NCBI GenBank assembly: GCA_046716885.1
Contig: JBKJWL010000196.1
Location: 10,722-74,721 of the forward strand
Origin: Thermoanaerobaculia bacterium
GTDB taxonomy: Bacteria; Acidobacteriota; Thermoanaerobaculia; UBA5066; Gp7-AA6
Direction: 5' to 3'
DNA length: 64,000 nt
The stretch's first letter is position 1; every line of letters starts with the position of its first letter. Shown here piece after piece: positions 9,747 through 17,232 of the stretch. The notes beneath the pieces are model-generated. The model did not search any database, was not told where the DNA came from, and saw only the letters and a program-made list of their open reading frames with translations. A program made the translations under genes and the position numbers.

Positions 9747-10175
9747 TTAGAACGGAACGTCGTCGTCGTAGGCGCCGGCCCCGGCGGTCGCCGGCTCCGG
9801 AGTGTCCGCCACCTCGCGGGCGGCCCCGACTCGGGCGCCGTCCTCGCGCTTGGACAGCATCACGACGTTGGACGCCTTGACCTCCGTCTTGTAGCGCTTC
9901 TGGCCGTTCTGGTCTTCCCAGCTCCGGGTCTGCAGGCTGCCTTCCACGTAGACCATCTTCCCTTTGTGCAGGTACTCGCCGCAGATCTGCGCGAGCTTCT
10001 CCCAGGCGACGATCTCGTGCCACTCGGTACGTTCCTGCTTGGCGCCCGACGCGTCCTTCCACGCCGTGGTTGTCGCGAGCGAGAACCGCGCGAGAGTCGT
10101 TCCCTGAGGCGTGGTCCGGATCTCGGGATCCTTGCCGAGGTTTCCGATCAAGATGACTTTGTTGACGCTGGCCAT
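9747..10175 (-). CDS. ssb: Single-stranded DNA-binding protein
   Basis: [22 protein letters not shown]-fold N-terminus and an acidic C-terminal tail DDDVPF. Confidence 0.95.
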   Translation of the reverse strand: MASVNKVILIGNLGKDPEIRTTPQGTTLARFSLATTTAWKDASGAKQERTEWHEIVAWEKLAQICGEYLHKGKMVYVEGSLQTRSWEDQNGQKRYKTEVKASNVVMLSKREDGARVGAAREVADTPEPATAGAGAYDDDVPF

Positions 10176-10246
10176 GTGTTCGCCCTCCTTTCAGGTGCTG
10201 AAACAATATTCCACTTCTTGCGGGACAGATGATGTCCGGGCAATCT

Positions 10247-10352
10247 GGGGTCAGGTCTGGCCCCTCGCCATGTCCGGTTGGCATGGAATCGCCGGCGCGA
10301 GTGCGAGTTACAGTGATGTCAGCTTGGATGGCAAAAGGCAAGACCTGACCCC
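10247..10352. repeat. 12-bp perfect inverted repeat GGGGTCAGGTCT / AGACCTGACCCC (82-nt spacer) in the ssb-murJ divergent region
   Basis: The arms at 10247..10258 and 10341..10352 are exact reverse complements. They bracket the candidate murJ starts at 10270 and 10324. Confidence 0.7.
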
Positions 10353-11919
10353 CGAGATCGACGAGACCCGTGGGCGCCTGGTCCGCTCCGCCTCGACGAT
10401 CACGCCGCTGACGCTGCTGTCGCGCGTCACGGGATACCTGCGCGACAAGGTCATCGCCGTCACGCTCGGCGCCGGGATGCGCTCGGACGCCTTTTTCGTC
10501 GCCTTCCGCATCCCGAACATGCTGCGGGAGATCATCGGCGAGGGGGCGATGTCCTCCGCGGTGATCCCGGTCTACGTCGGGGTGTCCGGAGAGCGTAGCG
10601 CCGAGGAGGCCCGCGCCTTCGTCGGGCGCGTGGCCGCCACGTTCGCGCTCCTTTTGGCGGGCATCACGGTCGTCGGGATCCTGGCTTCTCCCTGGCTGGT
10701 CGCTCTCCTGGCCGGACAGTTCCGACAGACGCCCGGGAAATTCGAGCTGACGGTGATTCTGAACCGCTGGATGTTCCCCTACATCCTGCTCGTGTCGCTC
10801 TCCGCGCTCTGCCAGGCGCTGCTGAACGCGCACCGCCGGTTCGCCGTCTCGGCCGCGGCGCCCATCCTGCTCAACGTCTCGATGATCCTGGCCGCCCTCT
10901 TTCTCTCGCCGCGGCTGGCGGAGCCGACCTACGGCCTGGCGGCCGGAGTGCTGCTCGGCGGGGTCCTTCAGATCGCGATCCAGGTGCCGCAGCTGACGCG
11001 ACTCGCCGCCGTCGGGCGGCCCGCGCTCGGGTGGCGGGACCCGGCGGTGCGCTCGGTGCTCCTCCTGATGGCCCCCCGGCTGCTCGCCTACGGGATCGGC
11101 GCCGTCAACACGGTGGTCTCCACGCGGTTCGCGGCGGGGCTCGGCGACGCGAGCGTGTCCCACCTCTACTACGCCAATCGGCTGAAGGAGCTCGTCCTGG
11201 GAGGGTTCGCCGTGTCGGTCGCCACGGCGATCCTGCCCCTGCTGTCGCAGCAGGCGCTGTCGCCGAACCGCGAGCCGTTCAAGGAAAACCTGGCCTTCGC
11301 CTTGCGGCTGATCGCGTTCGTCACGATCCCGGCCAGCGTCGGCCTCATCGTCCTGAAGGTTCCGATCGTCCGCGTCCTCTTCCAGGGCGGGCGCTTCCAG
11401 GGCGCCGATACCGCCGCGACCGCCGGAGCGCTGGGTACGCTCGCGGCGGGACTCTTCTTTTTCGCGGGGATTCGCGTGATTGTGCCGGCGTTCTACGCCT
11501 TGAAGAACACGATTCTTCCGGTGACCGCAGCCTTCGCGGACGCGATCACGTTCCTGGTTCTCTGCCTGGTGTGGACGAAGCCGTTGGGCCTCCCCGGCAT
11601 CGGGCTGGCGGCGTCGGCCTCGGCGGCCGTGAACGTGACCGTGCTGCTCGTCGCATTGCGGCGGCGCGAGGGGCGGCTTCGCGGCCGGCAGATCGCGGCC
11701 TCGCTCGTCCGCGTGCTCGCCGCCTCCGCGCTGATGGGCGGACTTCTCCTAGCGCTTCTCCGGTTCGTGCCGGCGGCGCGGATCGCCGGATGGAGGGGCG
11801 CGGGGATCCTCGCGTTCTTGATCGGCGTGGCGGCTTTCTTCTACTGGCTGGCGGCGCACCTGCTCGGCGCCCCGGAGCCCGGGGAGCTCCGGCGCGTGGC
11901 GCGGCGCCGGGTTCGATGA
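10270..11919 (+). CDS. murJ: Lipid II flippase MurJ
   Basis: LLSRVTGYLRDKVIAVTLGAG...DAFFVAFRIPNMLREI is the MurJ/MviN signature, and the protein is multi-TM. The start is ambiguous: ATG 10270 or TTG 10324. Confidence 0.9.
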   Translation: MSGWHGIAGASASYSDVSLDGKRQDLTPEIDETRGRLVRSASTITPLTLLSRVTGYLRDKVIAVTLGAGMRSDAFFVAFRIPNMLREIIGEGAMSSAVIPVYVGVSGERSAEEARAFVGRVAATFALLLAGITVVGILASPWLVALLAGQFRQTPGKFELTVILNRWMFPYILLVSLSALCQALLNAHRRFAVSAAAPILLNVSMILAALFLSPRLAEPTYGLAAGVLLGGVLQIAIQVPQLTRLAAVGRPALGWRDPAVRSVLLLMAPRLLAYGIGAVNTVVSTRFAAGLGDASVSHLYYANRLKELVLGGFAVSVATAILPLLSQQALSPNREPFKENLAFALRLIAFVTIPASVGLIVLKVPIVRVLFQGGRFQGADTAATAGALGTLAAGLFFFAGIRVIVPAFYALKNTILPVTAAFADAITFLVLCLVWTKPLGLPGIGLAASASAAVNVTVLLVALRRREGRLRGRQIAASLVRVLAASALMGGLLLALLRFVPAARIAGWRGAGILAFLIGVAAFFYWLAAHLLGAPEPGELRRVARRRVR

Positions 11920-12353
11920 AGCTCGTCATCCAGCGCGTCTCGAGCGCGAGCGTGCGCGCGGACGGGCGCGAGACGGGCCGGATCGCTCTTGGCTTCCTGG
12001 TGCTCGTGGGCGCGGAGACCGGCGACACGCTCTCAGGCGCCGAGGAGGCGGCCCGCAAGGTGGCCGGTCTGCGTGTCTTCGAGGACGCGGGGGGGAAGAT
12101 GAACCTGTCCCTCGCGGACGTGGGAGGCTCCGTCCTGGTCGTGTCGCAGTTCACGCTGGCCGCCGATCTCTCGCGCGGCCGCCGGCCCGGTCTGGAAAGG
12201 GCGCTCCCCGCGCGCGAGGCCGAGCCGCTCTACGAGCGCTTCGTGGCCGCGCTCGAAACGCAGGGGTTGCCCGTCTCGACCGGCGTGTTCGGCGCCGCGA
12301 TGCAGGTGTCGCTGGTCAACGAGGGGCCGGCGACGTTTCTCCTCGAGGTGTAG
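11916..12353 (+). CDS. dtd: D-aminoacyl-tRNA deacylase
   Basis: MKLVIQRV N-terminus and SQFTLAAD motif. The ATG overlaps the murJ stop (ATGA). Confidence 0.9.
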   Translation: MKLVIQRVSSASVRADGRETGRIALGFLVLVGAETGDTLSGAEEAARKVAGLRVFEDAGGKMNLSLADVGGSVLVVSQFTLAADLSRGRRPGLERALPAREAEPLYERFVAALETQGLPVSTGVFGAAMQVSLVNEGPATFLLEV

Positions 12354-12374
12354 GAGGCCACCGCCGGCGGATCG

Positions 12375-13328
12375 CTAGATCTGCTCGATCGGCTTCGGCG
12401 AAAAGCAGAGCAGAAACACCGCGACGCACAGGAGGGCGACGAGCAGACTCCCGAAATCAAGGGGCTCCGCGTCATCGTCGACCGGCGGATGGACGAGACC
12501 CATCAGGAGCACGGCCGCCACGGGAAACACGATCCAGATCGCCGAGCCCGCGATCCCAACCAGAACGCACAGCCCGAGAACGATCCCCGACACGATCGGC
12601 TGCCGCCGCCCGACGGCCGCGCGCAGGACGTGTCCGCCGTCGAGCTGGCCGAGGGGCAGCAGGTTCAGAGTCGTCACGAGGAGCCCGAACCACGCCGCCA
12701 TGAAGGTCGGGTGCTCGTGCACCGTCGCGCTCGAGTAAGGCGAGATGCCGGCCCAGCGCTGCGCCCACTGCACGATCAGCGGGTAGTGGAAGAGCCAGGT
12801 TCCGGCCGTCAGCGGCGTCGTGCTGGGCCGCGGATGCGCCGCTCCGTAGAGAAGAAAGGGGATCGTCGCGACGAATCCTGCCAGCGGCCCCGCCGCTCCG
12901 ACGCTCAGCAGGACGCGCTTGCTGCGGATCTGTTCCTTGATCCGAATCAGAGCTCCAAAGGTTCCGATCGGGAACAGAAACGGAGACGGGATGAAATAGG
13001 GGAGTGTGACCGCGAGGCCGTAACGCCGGCACATCACGTAATGCCCGAGCTCGTGCACGCCGAGAATCGTCAGGAGAGGAATCGAGAACGGCAGGCCGTC
13101 CGCGAAGCGCCCGCCGAGCAGCGGCCCTCCCCCGGGCGTGTAGGCGGCGCCTCCCGCCAGCGTCGTCGTCACGAACGTTGCGACGAGGAGAGCCAGGTGG
13201 AAGAGCGGGTGCTCCCGGACGCGGCGCCACCCGCGCTCCGGGGGCGGCGGCGGATCGGCGAAGGGGCCCTCGGGGCGCGAGGAGCCGCTCAGCGCTCTAT
13301 TCCGCCGGCACGGCTCTGCGCAGCTCAA
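12375..13328 (-). CDS. M50-family (site-2 protease-like) membrane metalloprotease
   Basis: HELGHY zinc motif in a TM helix, a multi-TM protein, and LPLGQLDGGH. The start is uncertain; the track start overlaps the upstream gene by 32 nt. Confidence 0.75.
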   Translation of the reverse strand: MSCAEPCRRNRALSGSSRPEGPFADPPPPPERGWRRVREHPLFHLALLVATFVTTTLAGGAAYTPGGGPLLGGRFADGLPFSIPLLTILGVHELGHYVMCRRYGLAVTLPYFIPSPFLFPIGTFGALIRIKEQIRSKRVLLSVGAAGPLAGFVATIPFLLYGAAHPRPSTTPLTAGTWLFHYPLIVQWAQRWAGISPYSSATVHEHPTFMAAWFGLLVTTLNLLPLGQLDGGHVLRAAVGRRQPIVSGIVLGLCVLVGIAGSAIWIVFPVAAVLLMGLVHPPVDDDAEPLDFGSLLVALLCVAVFLLCFSPKPIEQI

Positions 13329-14616
13329 GGAGAAGCCGCGCGAGCTCGCTGCCGAGGGAGCTCGACGCGATCTCGAGGGTGCGATAGTCCCCGGCGGACA
13401 TGGGCGCCCCGAGGCGGTCGGTGTACAGGAAGGCGACGAGCCGGTCCTTGATTCGGACCGGGTACACGGCGCATGCGGCTCCGGCGCGGTCCCCCAGGAG
13501 GGATGCCAGCGCCGGCGGAATCAGAGCACGGCTCACGACTCCGCGGTGGGCCGCTCCCGAGAGCTTCACGAAGGCGAACACGGACGGCTCGCCCCACTCG
13601 ATGCGAAGCCGCGACACGGATTCACGGGAGAGTCCTGCGCCGTGGCCCCACCAGCCCTGCACCGAGTCCTGTGCCGCGAGAAGCAGCAGCGAGCGCGGAA
13701 AGCGCTCCGACAGCGCGTCGAGGGCGGACTCGGCAATTCGATCGCGGGCCGGCGACCGCTCGACCGGAGGGGCATCGGCTTTCGGCCGCGCGGGCGCCGC
13801 CTGGGGAGGCGGAGGTCGAGGCGCCACGGGCTCGGGGCGGGGCGGGGGCGCTTCGTCCATCCAGAGCGAAGCCGCCAGCTCTTCCGGCGTCACGGCGCGG
13901 GCCGGCGCGAAGTCGGGTAGAAAGTCCGGCCCGTCGGCGAGCTCGCCTACGGCGAGCTCCGCGGAGATGAAAGGAGCCGCGTAAGCGGCAGGGCGCAAAG
14001 CCTCGTCGTCCAGCCTCGCGGCCGCGATCGGGATTGCGCGGACGTTCTCGCTCGTTACCGGGGCGGGAACGCCGTGAAGAGGCCGGCCGAACAGGGGAGC
14101 GCGCATCGTGGCCCGGGTGCGGTAGAGGCGGCGCTCCTCGTTGCGCTCGAGCTTGTGGAGCACGCTGCGGAACTCGATGGGGACCGGGCGGCCGTAGAAC
14201 AGGTGGAGGGCCTGAAGCAAGCGCACCTCGGTGATCACGGCGGGAATCACCGGCCGGTTCGTGACCGCAGAGACCTCGTCGACGGCGGCGAGGTTGGAAG
14301 GGTTCTTGAACGCCACACGCACCCCGCGCCCCTCCAGTCCGTACGGAATCGCGCCCAGACGCACCGCAGCGCGCTCGGTCAGGAGGCGCACGATCTGCGG
14401 CGAAGCCCGGAGGAGCTCGGGCCACGTCACGAAGTCGCAGCGATGGATCGCGGAGAGGGCCTTCAGGAGGCTGTCCTCGCCGAGCAGGTCCCGGTCGAGG
14501 AGGATTGTTCCCAGACGGAACGGCTCTCCCGTGTGCCTCTGAAAACCGAGCGCGCTCTGCAGGGCGACTTCCGAAAGGACGCCCTCGGCTATCAGGAGCT
14601 CGCCGATGCGGGCCAT
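13297..14616 (-). CDS. MshEN (T2SSE_N) domain protein 1: no ATPase, Pro-rich linker, unknown C-terminal domain
   Basis: The N-terminus RIGELLIAEGVLSEVALQSALGFQ fits the 24-residue MshEN c-di-GMP motif. It is a paralogue of 14925..16274 in both the N- and C-terminal domains. Confidence 0.75.
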   Translation of the reverse strand: MARIGELLIAEGVLSEVALQSALGFQRHTGEPFRLGTILLDRDLLGEDSLLKALSAIHRCDFVTWPELLRASPQIVRLLTERAAVRLGAIPYGLEGRGVRVAFKNPSNLAAVDEVSAVTNRPVIPAVITEVRLLQALHLFYGRPVPIEFRSVLHKLERNEERRLYRTRATMRAPLFGRPLHGVPAPVTSENVRAIPIAAARLDDEALRPAAYAAPFISAELAVGELADGPDFLPDFAPARAVTPEELAASLWMDEAPPPRPEPVAPRPPPPQAAPARPKADAPPVERSPARDRIAESALDALSERFPRSLLLLAAQDSVQGWWGHGAGLSRESVSRLRIEWGEPSVFAFVKLSGAAHRGVVSRALIPPALASLLGDRAGAACAVYPVRIKDRLVAFLYTDRLGAPMSAGDYRTLEIASSSLGSELARLLLELRRAVPAE

Positions 14617-14631
14617 GGGGTCATTCTACTG

Positions 14632-14901
14632 CTACGGCAAGTCCCGCAGATCCTTGCCCGGCTTGAAGCGGATCGTGTTTCCAGGCGGAATCGACACCTC
14701 CACTCCTGTTTTGGGGTTGCGGCCGATGCCGCGCTTGCGCCGTTTGACTTGAAACACGCCGAAACCGCGCAGCTCGATGCGGTCTCCCGCGCCGAGCGCC
14801 GAGCGCATGGCCTCGATGACCGTCTCGACGGCCGTGGCCGCTTTGGCCCGCGGGATCTGGGCGAGATCCACTACGCGGTCGACGATGTCAGCTTTGATCA
14901 T
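14632..14901 (-). CDS. HU/IHF-family DNA-binding protein (IHF-like)
   Basis: RIELRGFGVFQVKRRKRGIGRNPKTGVEVSIPPGNTIRFKPGKDL is the canonical IHF/HU arm. GGAGGAGCC sits immediately before ATG 14901. Confidence 0.9.
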   Translation of the reverse strand: MIKADIVDRVVDLAQIPRAKAATAVETVIEAMRSALGAGDRIELRGFGVFQVKRRKRGIGRNPKTGVEVSIPPGNTIRFKPGKDLRDLP

Positions 14902-14924
14902 GGCTCCTCCGGGATTGATACGGA

Positions 14925-16274
14925 TTATATAACCTGCTTTTTCTTCAATCGGATGGAGGCAGCCAGGGCGGCCGCCGTCGACGCGGCGAGCTCCCGCGCG
15001 TAGGTCAGGTCTGCCGGCGTGGCTCCCTGGGATCCCCCGCATTCCGCGTAGAAAAAGGCGACGGCCTTCTCCCGCATGAGGACCGGCTGAACCACGCACT
15101 CGGCGGGCCAGCCGCCGAGTGCCGCCACCATCGCCCGATGGCGGGGGAGAGGCGGCAACGGCCCCAGATAGAAGGTGCGGCTCATCCGCACGTTCAGGAA
15201 AATGGAAGGCTCCGTCCAGGGGAGCTCGAGCGCGCGCAGCGCTTCCGCATCGACCCGATCCCCCGAGCCCGCCAAGCCCGTCACGCCGTCGGGGCGGACG
15301 GCGAACACGGCGCTCTTCGGAAACCTACCGGCGAGCGCCTCGAGGGCCGCCTGGAAGATCGCGTCCCGCCCGCGAGCGGCGAGGATGCCGGGGAATTCCG
15401 CGGACGGCGGAGCGGAGATTCGCATGCCCTGAGCAAGGGGTGGGGCAACGGCGGGAGGAGGGGGTGTCCTCCAGGGCGAGGCGGTCTCGAGCGGCGTCGA
15501 GGCCAGCTCGGGGGGTGGGGCGTGCCGGGGTCGATGCGATTCGTCCGGCTGTCGGGGCCGCGCGCCCGTCGACGGCATCTCCTCCCAGGGGATCGATTCG
15601 AGCTCCTCCTGGAAGGCGTCGGGAGAGTAGGGCTGTCCTGCCCAGCCGATCCCGGGCTCGTCCGGCATTCTCCAGGCCTGGAAGGAAGAGGCGGGGTCCT
15701 CGTCGGTCGGGGTCTGCGGGGGAGAGCCGGCGGGTAGCCGGGTCTGGACAGGCGAGAAATCCGGGGGCGGCGGAAGGGGTTTCTTGATGACCTGCGGCAC
15801 GATCGGCCGGGTCAGCTTTTCGGCCAGAATCGCAAACCGCGGCGTGCGTCGCTCGCCGTAGTACTTCTCGAGAGCCTGGTAGAGGCGGACCTCCGGAGCC
15901 GTCGCAGGGACGATCTTCTTGCCGGTCACGAAGAACAGCTCGTCCAGGACGCGGAGATTCGACGGATCGCGCAGGGCGATCCGGAGAAAGCCCTCGCCGA
16001 GCTCGACCGGGACGGCCGAGTGCCGGATCGCGAACTTCGCGGGCAGCGCCGCCGTGATCGCCGTCGAGAGCGAGCCGAGCACGCGCCACGGGATGTACCG
16101 GCAGCCGTGCTGATCCGCGAGAGCCTTCCCGATGTCGTCCTCGACGGCCGAGCCCTTTTCCAGGAGCAGCGTGCCGAGCCGCCCTCCGGCGAAGCCCTGG
16201 GTGGCGAGCGCGCGATTGACGGCCTCCTCGCTGACCGCGCCGGCTTGCACCAGAAGGACACCGAGGCGAGGCAT
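14925..16274 (-). CDS. MshEN (T2SSE_N) domain protein 2: no ATPase, Pro-rich linker, unknown C-terminal domain
   Basis: MPRLGVLLVQAGAVSEEAVNRALATQ-GFAGG-RLGTLLLEKGSAVEDDIGKALADQ is a tandem MshEN motif. ATG 16274 lies 8 nt after the upstream stop. The track's 16727 start runs through the upstream gene. Confidence 0.75.
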   Translation of the reverse strand: MPRLGVLLVQAGAVSEEAVNRALATQGFAGGRLGTLLLEKGSAVEDDIGKALADQHGCRYIPWRVLGSLSTAITAALPAKFAIRHSAVPVELGEGFLRIALRDPSNLRVLDELFFVTGKKIVPATAPEVRLYQALEKYYGERRTPRFAILAEKLTRPIVPQVIKKPLPPPPDFSPVQTRLPAGSPPQTPTDEDPASSFQAWRMPDEPGIGWAGQPYSPDAFQEELESIPWEEMPSTGARPRQPDESHRPRHAPPPELASTPLETASPWRTPPPPAVAPPLAQGMRISAPPSAEFPGILAARGRDAIFQAALEALAGRFPKSAVFAVRPDGVTGLAGSGDRVDAEALRALELPWTEPSIFLNVRMSRTFYLGPLPPLPRHRAMVAALGGWPAECVVQPVLMREKAVAFFYAECGGSQGATPADLTYARELAASTAAALAASIRLKKKQVI

Positions 16275-16282
16275 GACGACGA

Positions 16283-17128
16283 TTATCGCGTGGCGGGCGG
16301 CGAAAGAAGCCGCTCGTCGCCCGGCGCGTTCTCCTCCCAGTACCGGGAGCGGCGGGTCAGGGTCCGCTGGAGCGAGCCGCCGTCGCTGCGGTCCCAGCGC
16401 ACGAGACGGTGGGGAAAGCCGGTCTCGAAGTCGAAGGTGTCGGTCTGGGCACCCCGCCGGAGCGATACCCGGTACACCGACGGCGACTGCGCGGGGCGTG
16501 CCACGTCGAGGCGCGCTTCCTCGACGGCGGGCGGCAGGGGCCGTGAAGAGAAGACGCTGCCGACGACGCGAAGCGTCCCAGAGCGGGTGCGCTCGAAGTC
16601 GAGGCCGCGCAGCGCGAGAGGGAGCGCGTCGTAGAAGACGGCGTCGCCGGGCGCGAGCGCGACTTCGATGTCGCCGGGCACCTGGAAGTAGGAGCGTATG
16701 GAGAGTGCGGCCCGGTCCGATCTCCACTCCGCGAAACTATTGCCGCACCACTCGTGGCTCGTCATCGTCAGCTTGACCGGCGCGAGGCGATCGGCGTCGA
16801 GAAACGCCGAGAGCATCTGCTGGTCGCTGGAGACGCCCGTCGGGATGTCGCGGACGTGATTGAGCTTCAGGACCCGTCGCGTGCTCGGCTCCTGCCGTGG
16901 ACGATCGGCCTTCACCAGCTGCCCCGGAAGGAGGTCCTCGGCGACCACGATCAGCACTGACCGCGAGGACCGGGTGACGCCGTAGCGCAGGTCGCGCGAT
17001 TCGTACACGGAGACCTCGGCCATACCGTCGTTCCAGAGCGCGGCGCGTCCGAACCCGGGTTTCCACGACACGGCGGCCTCGGCCGCGGCCGGCAGGGCCA
17101 GAGCCAGGAGCGGCACGAGAAACGGCAT
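16283..17128 (-). CDS. Secreted hypothetical protein
   Basis: Signal peptide MPFLVPLLALALPAAAEAA. No family recognised. It is the first gene of the minus-strand block 17128..12375. Confidence 0.6.
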   Translation of the reverse strand: MPFLVPLLALALPAAAEAAVSWKPGFGRAALWNDGMAEVSVYESRDLRYGVTRSSRSVLIVVAEDLLPGQLVKADRPRQEPSTRRVLKLNHVRDIPTGVSSDQQMLSAFLDADRLAPVKLTMTSHEWCGNSFAEWRSDRAALSIRSYFQVPGDIEVALAPGDAVFYDALPLALRGLDFERTRSGTLRVVGSVFSSRPLPPAVEEARLDVARPAQSPSVYRVSLRRGAQTDTFDFETGFPHRLVRWDRSDGGSLQRTLTRRSRYWEENAPGDERLLSPPATR

Positions 17129-17232
17129 CGATCCTCCTTCGCGCAGCCCCGGAGGGCGCGATGGCTCAGAGCATACCGCCGGAGGACCGGCCTCGGGACG
17201 GGATGCCCGAGCACCCGTGCTACATTCCCGAG

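Noticed and set aside
10247-10270. Resemblance of GGTCAGGTC in the ssb-murJ repeat to the conserved SRP (4.5S) RNA helix
   Set aside because: The flanking GGAAGGAAGCAGCC-type conserved SRP RNA sequence and a matching 3' strand are absent.
10278-10286. TTGGCATGG, also at 37493..37501, as a sigma-54 -24 element
   Set aside because: The downstream GC of the -12 element is missing or mis-spaced by one nucleotide at both sites, so the TGGCAC-N5-TTGC geometry is not met.
10345-10356. The 12-mer CTGACCCCCGAG shared with 47314..47325 (both encode LTPE)
   Set aside because: Many 12-mer coincidences are expected in 64 kb of GC-biased sequence, roughly a hundred or more under a uniform model. Nothing else around the two sites aligns.
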